From Vitrella brassicaformis CCMP3155 (lineage: Eukaryota; Protista; Chromerida): a stretch of 64,000 bases of DNA. The stretch lies in NCBI GenBank assembly GCA_001179505.1, contig CDMY01000677.1, positions 236,753 to 300,752 of the forward strand, in the 5' to 3' direction. Numbering within the stretch: position 1 is the stretch's first letter; the number at the start of each line of letters is the position of its first letter. Made by a program: the position numbers and the translations under genes. Below are positions 12,160 through 23,788 of this stretch, piece after piece. The notes under the pieces were generated by a model that was given only the letters and a program-made list of their open reading frames with translations, was not told the DNA's origin and did no database searches.

Positions 12160-12861
12160 CTGACTGATTGATCGTGTGATTGTGTGTGGTTGGTGTACTG
12201 TCTGTTGGTGTTGGCCTGCGTGTTGGTTTGCGGCAATTGTTTCGCCGCAACGGTCTTGTGAAGTCAGCCATGTGTGTCGTTCTTTTTGTACGTGTCTGCG
12301 CGTCGAGGTGTCCTTTTATCCGAGCCATCGCCGTAGTGTGCACACGATTTGTCCTACAACGCTCTACCCTTTTGCGTGCATCACACCGCTTCTTTGTGCA
12401 GTGAGGTGATTTTCATGCAAGTCGTGCCGGTACACTTGATGCTGCTGTCGATGAGCAGCAGAGAGACCACCGCACACGCTGTTGTCTTTCAGCGTCAAGA
12501 GATCCGACTTCCATGTCTTCCATGGACGTGCCGTAGCTCGTACCTGATTGATAGTTGCTGGCCGTCATGAACGGACTCTGACACATCTACTGAGTACGAA
12601 CAGTTGACTGGATGATGTCCCTTTCCAGGCTGAAAAGCCATCGCATGAATGAGTGATCACCACGTTTGTTTCTGTATGGAGCCAGCCAAGCCAGCGGCCG
12701 CCTTATACTCGAATGCAGTCAGCCAACCACACCAGGAGGTCGTCTACAGCCGCAGCAAAGTCACAGCCACCAGCCACTGCCAAACCGCATCCCTTAGCGA
12801 CAAGATGGCCAGTAAATTGCGTGGGTGTGGTACGGGGTGTGTGGCGGGGGCCGAGGACTCT

Positions 12862-15727
12862 TCACTTCGCATGGGCTGATCGCCGCCATCGTTTCTTGCT
12901 GCGTGTCTTGGCCTTGGCTTTGCCTGACGGGTGGAAAGACACGCCTACACGTCCACATGCAGATGAAGGAGCCGTGTGTGGTGTGTGTCTCACCTTTGGC
13001 GGCTGCCTTGTGCTTTTTGGTGAGCGGGCGCTTCGAGCCAGCATGACTCGCGGCCCTCCGCGACCTTTCCGCCCACACACATGAACGGCATGGTAACGAG
13101 TTGGCATAACTTTAGCACACTCATGTGTCCTTTGCGGGGCCGGACCGAGGGAACAGACACACCAACGATATGAAATGTAGGCAACGATTGTCTGGGGCAC
13201 TCAGCACTGAGCCTGTGCCTACATCGAGACACAAACGTGTTCCGCACGTGTTCCAGTTAAAAGAGACATGGAATATAAAATGCAGGCAGCGATGCAGGCC
13301 AGCAATGCAACGGACAAACGGACGGACCATCAGTGCCTGTGTCGTCTACGGGCACCACCCCCACTCTTCTGCATGCTGCAAGCACACACACACACACAGA
13401 CAGACAGACACACAGAGCGGCATAGTGGCATGCGTGTTACCGATACGTAGGCATTTCTTCTATGTACCTGCTGATCGCCGACAGGCCTTTGAGTACCCGA
13501 ATGTGATCCATGATCACGTACCCGTAGTGCCGCGGGTCGGGCGTGCCCCCGCTGCGGTTCCGCAAGTTGTCGACTCGCTTCTTGAGGTCGTGGAAGTCCC
13601 ACCCATGGCGGCGCCGTCTCGCCTCGTCGTGGATGTGGAAGTGGCCGTCCTTGCCGCCGTCGAATGGGCCCGCATACAGGCTGACGGCGTCCTTGTGGGG
13701 GCTCGGGCGGACGATGGCGTCCAGGCCGTGGAATGCCGCCTCGCCGTAGAAGGCATCGGTGGCCGAATCGACGAGCTCCCTCTTGGCGTGGGGCATGGCT
13801 GCATCCGTCCATGAAAGGAAGACAGACAGACAGACAGACAGAAGAGACATTGCACAGAGTGAGATGCATACATTCTCTAGGGTATCGAGCATGCGTACCT
13901 GGTGGCTCGTGGATGGCTTCCAGGGCGCGCAGAGTGTCGTACTCCGCCCACTCCTTGTCCTTGTCGACGCGGTACCACTGCTCCTCCGACTTGACGACAA
14001 TCCGGTACTGCTGTGGGAGGGGCAGCTGGCCTGTGAGGTCGCGGGCCTCCTGCACCTTCTCGGCGAGCTGGGTGAGGTCCCAGCTGCACCGTGGCAGCCG
14101 CCGCGCCTCCCCCACCACGAAGTAGCCCTCCCCAAAGCCGTCGTTAAATTGGCCGAAGCCAAACTTGACGGCCTGCTCGGTGGGAGGGCTGCTGCCGACG
14201 GCCATCAGCTACAGCGGGCCGATCCACCACCCGTCCTTGCGCATCTGCAGCAGAAAGTTCTGCGCCACCGTCGTCAGCTGCTGACCCTCGGCCTCGTTGT
14301 CGGCTGGCGGCGCGGCGACTGATTGACCAAAACAAGGCGCAGCGCACACAAAGTGGCAGCAGCGGCAGCAGCAGCCTGTCTGTCTGGCTGTCTGTCTGGC
14401 TGGCTGTCTGTCTGTGTATGTCTGTGTGTGGGGTTTTGACTCTGCTGTGGCTTGTAAGATCCTCAAGCCGATCCTGCTCGTAAGGCTCATCCTCCTCAGA
14501 GTGGAACAGGTCCCTGCACACACGCAGACACGGACACACAGAGAGCGACCTCACTCCCTTTGTCAACTCTATGTGCCCATCTGACCCTCGTCCTCGTTCA
14601 ACTTCTCGTCCTCTGCTCACAAACGAGAGACACACACACGACCCAGAAACACGCGTTGATGTATGGATGTACAGTACGTGGCTTGGTTTCGTGTGTTTCC
14701 GTGTCTTGGCTTATTTATTCACCGGTCCCTTTGCATTCTCTGCTTGGTATGGCGCACCTGAAAAGGCGACAGGAAGAGAAACCAAGCTCTTGCTTGGCGG
14801 TGAGTGCAGTGCTTGGTTTCGTATCACTTACCTTATGCTGAGCGTCGTATTGGTGCTCCTCGATGCAGCGAATGAGCTCGCTCACCTGCTGATGGAAAGC
14901 TTGAGGTGAAGACAACAAATGCGATGCGCTGTCTGTTTACCTCGATGTGCACATCTTTGCTGTGGAGGGCTTCAGCATACTATCAGCCAAACACACAAAC
15001 AGACATGAGGACGAATCAAGGTCATGCATTTGGTCTCGTTGAACATCGCCTCCAAAGCTTGACGCTTCCTCTTCCTGCACACACACATATGCCACAAACA
15101 CACATACATACAATCGTCAGCCGACGGGTAACTATGTGTGTGTACCGCCATGTCTCGCACAACACCAAATTGCAGCTTGCCGCCACGAGGTTGTCCTTGA
15201 TGCGCCCGCCACATTTTGAGCTGCACACTCACCCACACGCACATACACGTGGAGAAGCTTTCTGTCTGTGTGTGATACATACAAGCGTGTGGCCCTCCTC
15301 GGCTCCAAAGCGGTACATCGCCTACATCATAAGCCAACAAATATAAAATGTAGGCAACGATTTGCCCGCTCGCCCCCGCCTCCCCTCCCGTCTTGGCCTT
15401 CTTCGCGGCCGGCTCGCCCCCTTCCTCCTCCTTCTTGTCCTCCTCCTTCTTGCCCATGTGGGCCTGGCGGATGTGCTGCAGGAACTTGTGGTAGCTGAAC
15501 TTGCCCCACCCACCCCCGCTCAGCACTCTCCGCGCAGCCTTGTTCCTCACGCCGCAGCGCGTGCACTTGTAATAGACCACCACCACGCTCTCCGGCTGCA
15601 CAACACATGAACAGCAGCAATTTTTGAACAGAAGCCAGCAGCATACAACACACAAATACACGCCTACGTCTATCTCTATGCCATTCATGATCTCGTTGGT
15701 CTTCGCCTCCCTGTCCCTCGGTGTCAT
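12862..15727 (-). pseudogene. Unknown gene X, left copy: N-terminal BED/C2H2-like Zn finger plus the family-X domain, with an in-frame nonsense codon
   Basis: Exons include YYKCTRCGVRNK...FSYHKFLQHIRQAHM (Cx2C...Hx4H), KDGWWIGPL*LMAVG (TAG at 14209-14211 where the right copy has TGG), FNDGFGEGYFVVGEARRLP and AAMPHAKRELVDSATDAFY. Basic terminal exons end KAKAKTRSKKRWRRSAHAK*. The start codon is uncertain. Confidence 0.55.
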
Positions 15728-15828
15728 GTGGTCCAGTCGGCCGTCATGCTGATGCACGTATGCAGCAGGGTGAAAGTGCTGACCTGCTCGTCAACAGAGA
15801 GAACAAGCGAGAATTTTAGAATAAACTG

Positions 15829-15940
15829 GAGAATTTTTTCGCGCGTCTCGCCGTCTCGCGCATCGCGAGATTCTCGCCGGCGGTGAGTTCGTAAGTTCGT
15901 GATGTGCCAATTGTGATGTGCCGGTTACGTTGCTAGTCCG
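15829..15940. repeat. About 110 bp element, inverted partner of 18546-18655, with an internal hairpin TCTCGCG-CAT-CGCGAGA
   Basis: Direct reading shows GCGTCTCGCCGTCTCGCGCATCGCGAGATTCTCGCCGGCGG.GAGTTCGTAAGTTCGTGA.GTGCCAATTGTGATGTGCCGG..CGTTGCTAGTCCG is reverse-complemented at 18546-18655. Confidence 0.9.
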
Positions 15941-16053
15941 CTAACCTCTCGAGAGACTGGGGGGTACGGAAGAGCCTCCACCCCAAAGCTCGCAGATCTT
16001 CGGTCATCTGAGCGAGAGCGGTCTTCCTTGTGTCAAAGTGTGGTTGTTCCACC

Positions 16054-16720
16054 ATGGCGCATCTTGCTGTGACAATCGACGAGGAAATGCTCAATGTGCT
16101 CATGGTACGAGCAGGCATGACGAAGAACGGGGACGCAATCACGTGTTTCGTGTGCCGGTGCTCAGGAGGAGAAGGGGGTGTCTGGGATGAGCGCCATCAA
16201 GGCACTGCAGGCCACAAACAATGAGAGTGGTAGGTGGGTGATGCGTCACAGCACGACTTTCTTACTGCATCTGCATTCGATCGTGTTTGTGCAGTTGAAG
16301 CGGCGATGGCGTGGTTGTCTGAGCATGCCAATGATGCCGACCTGGACAAACTCACAGGCAACATGCTGGCGGGAGGCAGTGGAGCCACCGCATCGACCAC
16401 GCCAAGTGAGGCGTGCAACAACAGGACATGTGTAATGAGTATGTCTGTGGCGTGTGTGTGTGTGTGTGTGTCAGGCGGCCCTCCCCCCACAGACAACCCA
16501 CCACACGTCAAGGAGAGTCTCAACCAAGAGGTCAGGAGAGCGGCGTGCAGTACAGGAACAGTAAACAGTATTGCACCTGTGCCATGTCATGTGTGTGTCA
16601 GTGGTTAAAGGAGCTGCTCGACATGGGTTTCGCGAACATCCCTGCAGAGAAGGCCCTCTACCTCACCCAGAACGCAAGCCGTAACAGAGCACAAAACGGC
16701 AGGGGACCCATCCACAGCTT

Positions 16721-16756
<36 letters not shown>

Positions 16757-18301
16757 TGTGTGTGTCAGTCGAGGCGGCCGTCAACTGGCTGAGTGACCAC
16801 CAAGCGGACATGGACTTCGATACACCCATCATCGAGCAACAACAGCCACAACGTACGTGACTTAGAGAGGGAGACGGCCTTATGCGTTACATGAGTGTGA
16901 ACACGCGTGTGTGTCATGTGTGTGCAGCGAGTCGGCCGAAGTTGTCTCCCGAGGAAGCCCAGAAGAAGGCCTATGAGCTGCAGAAGAGGCTCAGAGAGGT
17001 GTGCGCCTTGTAGTGTCCACGCAGAAAAAACACCCCACACACACAGTGTGCATGGTTGTTGGTGGCTGCACTGCAGGAGCGCGAGAAGCGGGAGAAGCAG
17101 GAGGCGATCGACAAGGAAAGGGCGAGGATCGAGTAAGCCGCGGGACCACTGACATGACCCAACATGCCTATGTGCATGCTGGTGTGCGCCCCGTTGGTTG
17201 TGTCATCCGTCGATCAGGGGCTCCAAGGCTCTGCAGGAGGCGCAGCGCAAGCTGGATGAGCAGCAGAGGAAGCGCGACCTAGACGAAATCAAGAGGGAAA
17301 AGGATGTGAGCCATATTGCACCGCACCCGGCACATGCACACACAGCCACACCTATGGACGCCCGCTGGTGTGTGTGTGTGTGTGTGTGTGTGTGTCAGGA
17401 GCATGAGAAGGAGAAGAAGAGGCAGAAGGAGCTGCTCAAGCGGGAGTGGGAGGAGCGATTCGGAAGACCGGTACAGACAGACACTCACACAGACACGTAC
17501 AAAAGTAGCCATTGATGGATGCTGACCAGCACACATGCATCTGCGTGTGCACGTCTGAACACACACATCTGTGTCATGTCAGTACCCCGAGGGCGAGGAG
17601 GTTGACGAGAAACAGAAGGAGGACGAAGTTTCCAAGAAGAGCAAAAAGGACCAGGTGAGCTCAAGAGACGATCCGCACACCGCTCGCACACCACTTGACG
17701 CATGTTGTCTGTCTGTGTGGTGGTCGCATCTGTGTCAGATCATCTACTGGGTCAATAGGCTCAAGAAGAACTACAAGGTGAGTGACCACCGCGACAAACG
17801 GATGAAGAGAAAGCCTGCAGGCACAGTGCTGTCTGTCATCTCTCTCTCATTGTCAGGACACGAATCCTGCCGGCCTCAAGACCTGCCTGCAGACCATCCG
17901 ACTGTACGTCGACAACGCGGCCAAGAACCCCACCGACAAGAAATACCACCGAATCAAGTTAGTGAGCGAGGAGAGAGAGAGAGTGGGGCGGAGGCCAGGG
18001 TGCGGAGCTGATGTGTGTCTGGTTTGTTTGTCTGTGTGCGCGCGCAGAAAGGAGAACAACGCCTTCAAGACGCGCGTGGCCGTGTTCTTTGAAGCGATTG
18101 AGCTGCTCAAGGTGGTCGGCTTCGTAGACGATGGTGAGGAAGGCACACAAGTCACTAGGTTCCTGTAAGGGCGAGTATGATTCGTGGACTGTGTGTGTCC
18201 TTGGCGCAGGTGGTGAGTTCTACGCCATCGATGGCATCCCTGACGGCTTCCACTGCGGCCAGGCCATCAAGTTTATCGACCTCATCATGCCCTCCCTCTG
18301 A
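16054..18301 (+). CDS. UBA-UBA-coiled-coil-PUB domain protein (probable p97/Cdc48 cofactor)
   Basis: Spliced product includes SAIKALQATNNES|VEAAMAWLSEH (UBA), LKELLDMGFANIPAEKALYLTQNA|SVEAAVNWL (UBA, MGF motif), an E/K/R-rich coil, and CLQTIRLYVDNAAKNPTDKKYHRIK|KENNAFKTRVAVFFEAIELLKVVGF (PUB). Confidence 0.85.
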
Positions 18302-18545
18302 CGCGACAGACACACAGACAAAGAGAAAAACAGCAGCAGACTTTCCCTTCTTTATGGTGACGTATTCGAGAGAGATGTCGTGCGAGTCCATGATCTCGTG
18401 TTGCTCCTCCCTCCTGTTGGTTTTTCCATGGTCGGTGGGCTCGGAATGTCGACGCTGGCCTGACAGACACGAAAGGCGGGAACACACCGGATCTGGCATA
18501 TTTGGTGTGTCGGATTGGGCCCATGAGTGGCATGCGGTACCGACT

Positions 18546-18655
18546 CGGACTAGCAACGCAGCCGGCACATCACAATTGGCACGTCACGAACTTACGAACT
18601 CGCCGCCGGCGAGAATCTCGCGATGCGCGAGACGGCGAGACGCCAAAAAATCCCA
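18546..18655. repeat. About 110 bp element, inverted partner of 15829-15940
   Basis: CGGACTAGCAACG..CCGGCACATCACAATTGGCAC.TCACGAACTTACGAACTC.CCGCCGGCGAGAATCTCGCGATGCGCGAGACGGCGAGACGC. Confidence 0.9.
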
Positions 18656-18769
18656 GCACTGAAACTTCGTCAAAACTGCGATGCGTTCGTCTGTGCGACT
18701 GCCGCAAAATTCTCTCTGTCGTCAACTTCCAAGACGGCATCGTTTCCATCTCGTGAATTCCTCTCATCA

Positions 18770-21700
18770 AGCCACAATCGCGGCTGGCCGCTCGTCGAGG
18801 CAGCCATTGCCGCCTGCTTCGAGGACGGGTGGTGGATCGGCCCGCTGTGGCTGATGGCCGTCGGCAGCAGCCCTCCCACCGAGCAGGCCGTCAAGTTAGG
18901 CTTCGGCCCATTCAACGACGGCTTTGGGGAGGGCTACTTCGCGGTGGGGGAGGCGCGGCGGCTGCCACGGGGCAGCTGGGACCTCACCCAGCTCGCCGAG
19001 AAGGTGCAGGAGGCCCGCGACCTCTGCCCCTCCCACAGCAGTACCGGATTGTCGTCAAGTCGGAGGAGCAGTGGTACCGCGTCGAGAAGGACAAGGAGTG
19101 GGTGGAGTACGACCCTCTGCTGCGCCCTGGAAGCCATCCACGAGCCACCAGGTACGCATGCTCGATACCCTAGAGAATGTATGCATCTCACTCTGTGCAA
19201 TGTCTCTTCTGTCTGTCTGTCTGTCTGTCTTCCTTTCATGGACGGGTGCAGCCATGCCCCACGCCAAGAGGGAGCTCGTCGATTCGGCCACTGATGCCTT
19301 CTACGACGAGGCGGCATTCCACGGCCTGGACGCCATCGTCCGCCCGAGCCCCCACCCGGACGCCGTCAGCCTGTATGCGGGCCCATTCGACGGCGGCAAG
19401 GACGGCCACTTCCACATCCACGACGAGGCGAGACGGCGCGGCCATGGGTGGGACTTCCGCAACCTCAAGAAGCGAGTCGACAACTTGCGGAACCGCAGCC
19501 ATGCCCCATGCCAAGAGGGAGCTCGTCGATTCGGCCACTGATGCCTTCTACGACGAGGCGGCATTCCACGGCCTGGACGCCATCGTCCGCCCGAGCCCCC
19601 ACCCGGACGCCGTCAGCCTGTATGCGGGCCCATTCGACGGCGGCAAGGACGGCCACTTCCACATCCACGACGAGGCGAGACGGCGCCGCCATGGGTGGGA
19701 CTTCCACGACCTCAAGAAGCGAGTCGACAACTTGCGGAACCGCAGCGGGGGCACGCCCGACCCGCGGCACTACGGGTACGTGATCATGGATCACATTCGG
19801 GTACTCAAAGGCCTTTCCGCGATCAGCAGGTACATAGAAGAAATGCCTACATATCGGTAACACGCATGCCACTATGCCGCTCTGTGTGTCTGTGTGTCTG
19901 TGTGTTTGTGTGTGCGTGGTAGACCCCTATGATGCGCTTCGCTGAGTACTTCTTCTACGTGGATCTCGAGCGGTTCAAGGACACCTTCCCCGTCCCACAG
20001 GTACGCAACGATACGCACATACACAGCGATGTGGGCATGCACATGAGTACATTCATGAGAATGTGTGTGTGTGTCAGATGGGTGGAAGGCGTTTGTGCTG
20101 GTTACGCTCATCGAGACGGGCGAGTCGCCCCCGCTCCCCCCCCCCCGGAAGAGAGCGGTCGGTGAGCAGGAATGCTGAATGTCTCACGTTGTGTCTCTGA
20201 GCGATTCGTTTGCAGAGGAGGGAGGGTTGAGAAAATCGCTGGCTACATTTTATATCTGGCGGTCTCTTATCTTTTCGACCTCTTGCCTCACGTCTGTTCC
20301 CACGAGGTGACTTTAGCCTCCAAACAAATCACGTCGTCTCTCTTTGTCGCTGTGTCTCCCTTGCAATACAGCAAAGGAGAAGACCAAGACGACGCGGATG
20401 ACTGCAGAGACACACACATAACGAGATAGAGAAAGAGAGAGAGACTGAACTACGCTTCTTTGGTGTTACCTGCTGTGTGTCCTCTCAAAGGTCACGGTGC
20501 CCAAGCGGGGCTCGCTGCAGAAGACGGTGATGCGGCCCTGCCATCTGTTGATGCTCCAGGTGAGGCAGAACGGCTCGTCACGGAAACTGAGGCGTGAGAG
20601 TCGACTGGACTGCTTCCCAGACTTACGCTGTCTGTCTGTCTGCCTGTCTGTGTGTCTTTGTCAGTCAGCAAGATGGTGCTCTTCCTTCTCCAGCGGCTGC
20701 TGAACCTCTGGATTATGAAGATGCGTCCAGGGACCACCCTGGCAGGGCGTTGCTTGGTCGAAGTGAGCAAGAGAAGATGTGTTCGTGTGTAGGGGAGTGA
20801 TGCCTCCACGCGTCCCTCTGTCACGCAGGCCGCAATAGGGGCATGAGTGCTGATGAGCCCGTACGGGTCCGTGTTGATGCGATATGAATGCTGTCTCCTG
20901 GTGTGCCCTTCTGCAGGAACGGGAAGCGGCAAGGAGGATTGGCAGAAAGAGGAGCGGGAAGGACATAACGCAGATCACACACTCGACTCGCATCCGACTG
21001 ACTGATGGTCCTTGTTCTCATCTGTCTGTCATGGTAGAAGAGAGAGGCGGGCGATCATGCTGCGCGACATCCGTACGCCACGCCTACACACCGACACAGA
21101 CACACACACGAGTGTTGCGGGTGTGATTCATTCACGTGTGCAGAGCTGCTTCGTTGTCGTCCATCTCCGCCGAGGCGGCCGCAAAGGCGGCGGCCATGCA
21201 GGAGCCGGCAGAGGGTATGCACACACCCAACAAGTCCGTTTCTAATGAGAGCGAATTGTGAATGTGTGGATCAATTTGATCAATCTGCGGACTCTGTTGG
21301 TTAGCTCTGGTTGGGTCAGCCACACCTCGATTTCTCTTTTTGTTGCTGCAGGGGTCAGGCCTCAGCCATGTGTGTCACCCGGCCACAGAAGAGCAGAAAT
21401 GAGACCGATGCATCCAGCTGACTGATCGTCCCTGTTTTGACGTGTGTGTATGCAGGCTTCGTTCCCGCTCAGCGTCGTGTACGAGTCCGACCAGAACACG
21501 CACATCGCCACCACGCAGACGACCTACCAGGTACATGGATGCACGAGTGCATGCGGTGTCCTTCTCTTGCCATGCGCACACAATGTTCGCTCGCCCCCTC
21601 CGTGTGTGTGTGTGTGTGTGCAGACCCCGCTGCAGGTGCCGCCTGACAAGCGCTGCCCCGTCATCAATATGGTAAGGGCATCATCAGTGTGCCTCCACAC

Positions 21701-23098
21701 ACACACACACACAGACACACATATCTGTCAGCGTGTGCTGGGCTTCGTCCCATTCAACGACGGCTTTGGGGAGGGCTACTTCGTGGTGGGGGAGGCGCGG
21801 CGGCTGCCACGGGGCAGCTGGGACCTCACCCAGCTCGCCGAGAAGGTGCAGGAGGCCCGCGACCTCACAGGCCAGCTGCCACTCCCACAGCAGTACCGGA
21901 TTGTCGTCAAGTCGGAGGAGCAGTGGTACCGCGTCGAGAAGGACAAGGACTGGGCGGAGTACGACCCTCTGCGCGCCCTGGAAGCCATCCACGAGCCACC
22001 AGGTACACATGCTCGATACCCTAGAGAATGTATGCATCTCACTCTGTGCAATGTCTCTTCTGTCTGTCTGTCTGTCTGTCTCCTTTCATGGACTGGTGCA
22101 GCCATGCCCCATGCCAAGAGGGAGCTCGTCGATTCGGCCACTGATGCCTTCTACGACGAGGCGGCATTCCACGGCCTGGACGCCATCGTCCGCCCGAGCC
22201 CCCACCCGGACGCCGTCAGCCTGTATGCGGGCCCATTCGACGGCGGCAAGGACGGCCACTTCCACATCCACGACGAGGCGAGACGGCGCGGCCATGGGTG
22301 GGACTTCCGCAACCTCAAGAAGCGAGTCGACAACTGCGGGGGCAAGCCCGACCCGCACCACTACGGCTACGTGATCATGGATCACATTCGGGTACTCAAA
22401 GGCTTGTCCGCGATTAGAAGGTGCATAGAAAGAACGCCTACACATCGGCAACACCCATGCCACTATGCCGCTCTGTGTGTCTGTGTGTCTGTGTGTGTGT
22501 GTGTGTGTGGTGTGCGTGTGTGCTTGCAGCATGCAGAAGAGTGGGGGTGGTGCCCGTACACGACGCAGACACTGAGGGACACATGCACCACATGCTGCGG
22601 GGCAGGGGATGGTAGGGGATGCGATGGCAGCGAGGAAGGGCAGGATGCCTGCACGGGGCCTGCATCGCTGCCTGCATTTTATATTTCCATGTCTCTCTCA
22701 CTGGAACACCTGCGGAACACGTTTATGTCTCGATGTAGGCACAGGCTCAGTGCGGCTGAGTGCCCCAGACAATCGTTGCCTACATTTTATATCGTTAGTG
22801 TGTCTGTTCCCTCAGTCAGGCCCCGCAAAGGACACATGAGTGTGTTATAGTTATGGGAACTCGTTACCATGCCGTTCATGTGTGTGGGCGGAGAGGTCGC
22901 GGAGGGCCGCGAGTCATGCTGGCTCGAAGCGCCCGCTCACCAAAAAGCACAAGGCAGCCGCCAAAGGTGAGACACACACCACACACGGCTCCTTTATCTG
23001 CATGTGGACGTGTAGGCGTGTCTTTCCACCCGTCAGGTAAAGCCAAGGCCAAGACACGCAGCAAGAAACGATGGCGGCGATCAGCCCATGCGAAGTGA
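18770..23098 (+). pseudogene. Unknown gene X, right copy, carrying two family-X domains; the first is frameshifted
   Basis: First domain (18.8-19.9 kb) has a 10-nt deletion (ACAGGCCAGC missing at about 19024), a 1-nt insertion near 19120 and a 247-bp tandem duplication. The second domain (21.73-22.45 kb) begins at a normal acceptor (CAG|CGTGTGCTGGGCTTC). The gene ends with the same basic exons as the left copy. The 5' end is unresolved. Confidence 0.55.
19254..19747 (+). repeat. 247-bp head-to-tail tandem duplication of an exon
   Basis: ATGCCCCA(C/T)GCCAAGAGGGAG starts at 19254 and 19501. The junction sits on a GCAGC microhomology (GGGTGCAGCC / AACCGCAGC). Confidence 0.9.
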
Positions 23099-23788
23099 AG
23101 AGTCCTCGGCCCCCGCCACACACCCCGTACCACACCCACGCAATTTACTGGCCATCTTGTCGCTAAGGGATGCGGTTTGGCAGTGGCTGGTGGCTGTGAC
23201 TTTGCTGCCGCTTTAAACGACCTCCTGGTGTGGTTGGCTGACTGCATTCGAGTATAAGGCGGCCGCTGGCTCCATACAGAAACGTGGTGATCACTCATTC
23301 ATGCGATGGCTTTTCAGCCTGGAAAGGGACATCATCCAGTCAACTGTTCGTACTCAGTAGATGTGTCAGAGTCCGTTCATGACGGCCAGCAACTATCAAT
23401 CAGGTACGAGCTACGGCACGTCCATGGAAGACATGGAAGTCGGATCTCTTGACGCTGAAAGACAACAGCATGTGCGGTGGTCTCTCTGCTGCTCATCTAC
23501 AGCAGCATCTAGTGTACCGGCACGACTTCGATAAAAATCACCTCACTGCACAAAGAAGCGGTGTGATGCACGCAAAAGGGCAGAGCGATCTAGGACAAAT
23601 CGTGTGCACACTACGGCGATGGCTCGGATAAAAGGACACCTCGGCGCGCAGACACGTACAAAAAGAACGACACACATGGCTGACTTCACAAGACCGTTGC
23701 GGCGAAACAATTGCCGCAAACCAACACGAAGGCCAACACCAACAGACAGTGCACCACCCACACACAATTAACACGATCAATCGGTCAG

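Larger units (their letters stand above)
7418..12290. repeat. Segmental direct duplication, copy A (partner 57691 to about 62495)
   Basis: Shared sequence begins CTTGATGGTACTGCTGCCAAATGGGG at 7418 and 57691. Exons and introns stay collinear through the JmjC and DRE-TIM-TLDc genes to GTCAGCCATGTGTG. Confidence 0.9.
9600..15940. repeat. Left arm of a large imperfect inverted duplication (right arm about 18546-26290)
   Basis: 9.6-12.3 kb is the reverse complement of 23.7-26.3 kb, 12.3-13.5 kb of 22.4-23.7 kb, 13.45-14.25 kb of 18.8-19.9 kb and 21.7-22.5 kb, and 15829-15940 of 18546-18655. Confidence 0.9.

Noticed and set aside
15829-18655. Calling the inverted-repeat-flanked segment a bona fide transposon
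   Set aside because: No transposase and no target-site duplication seen, and the repeats are explained as the innermost part of larger inverted arms. Kept only as a hypothesis.
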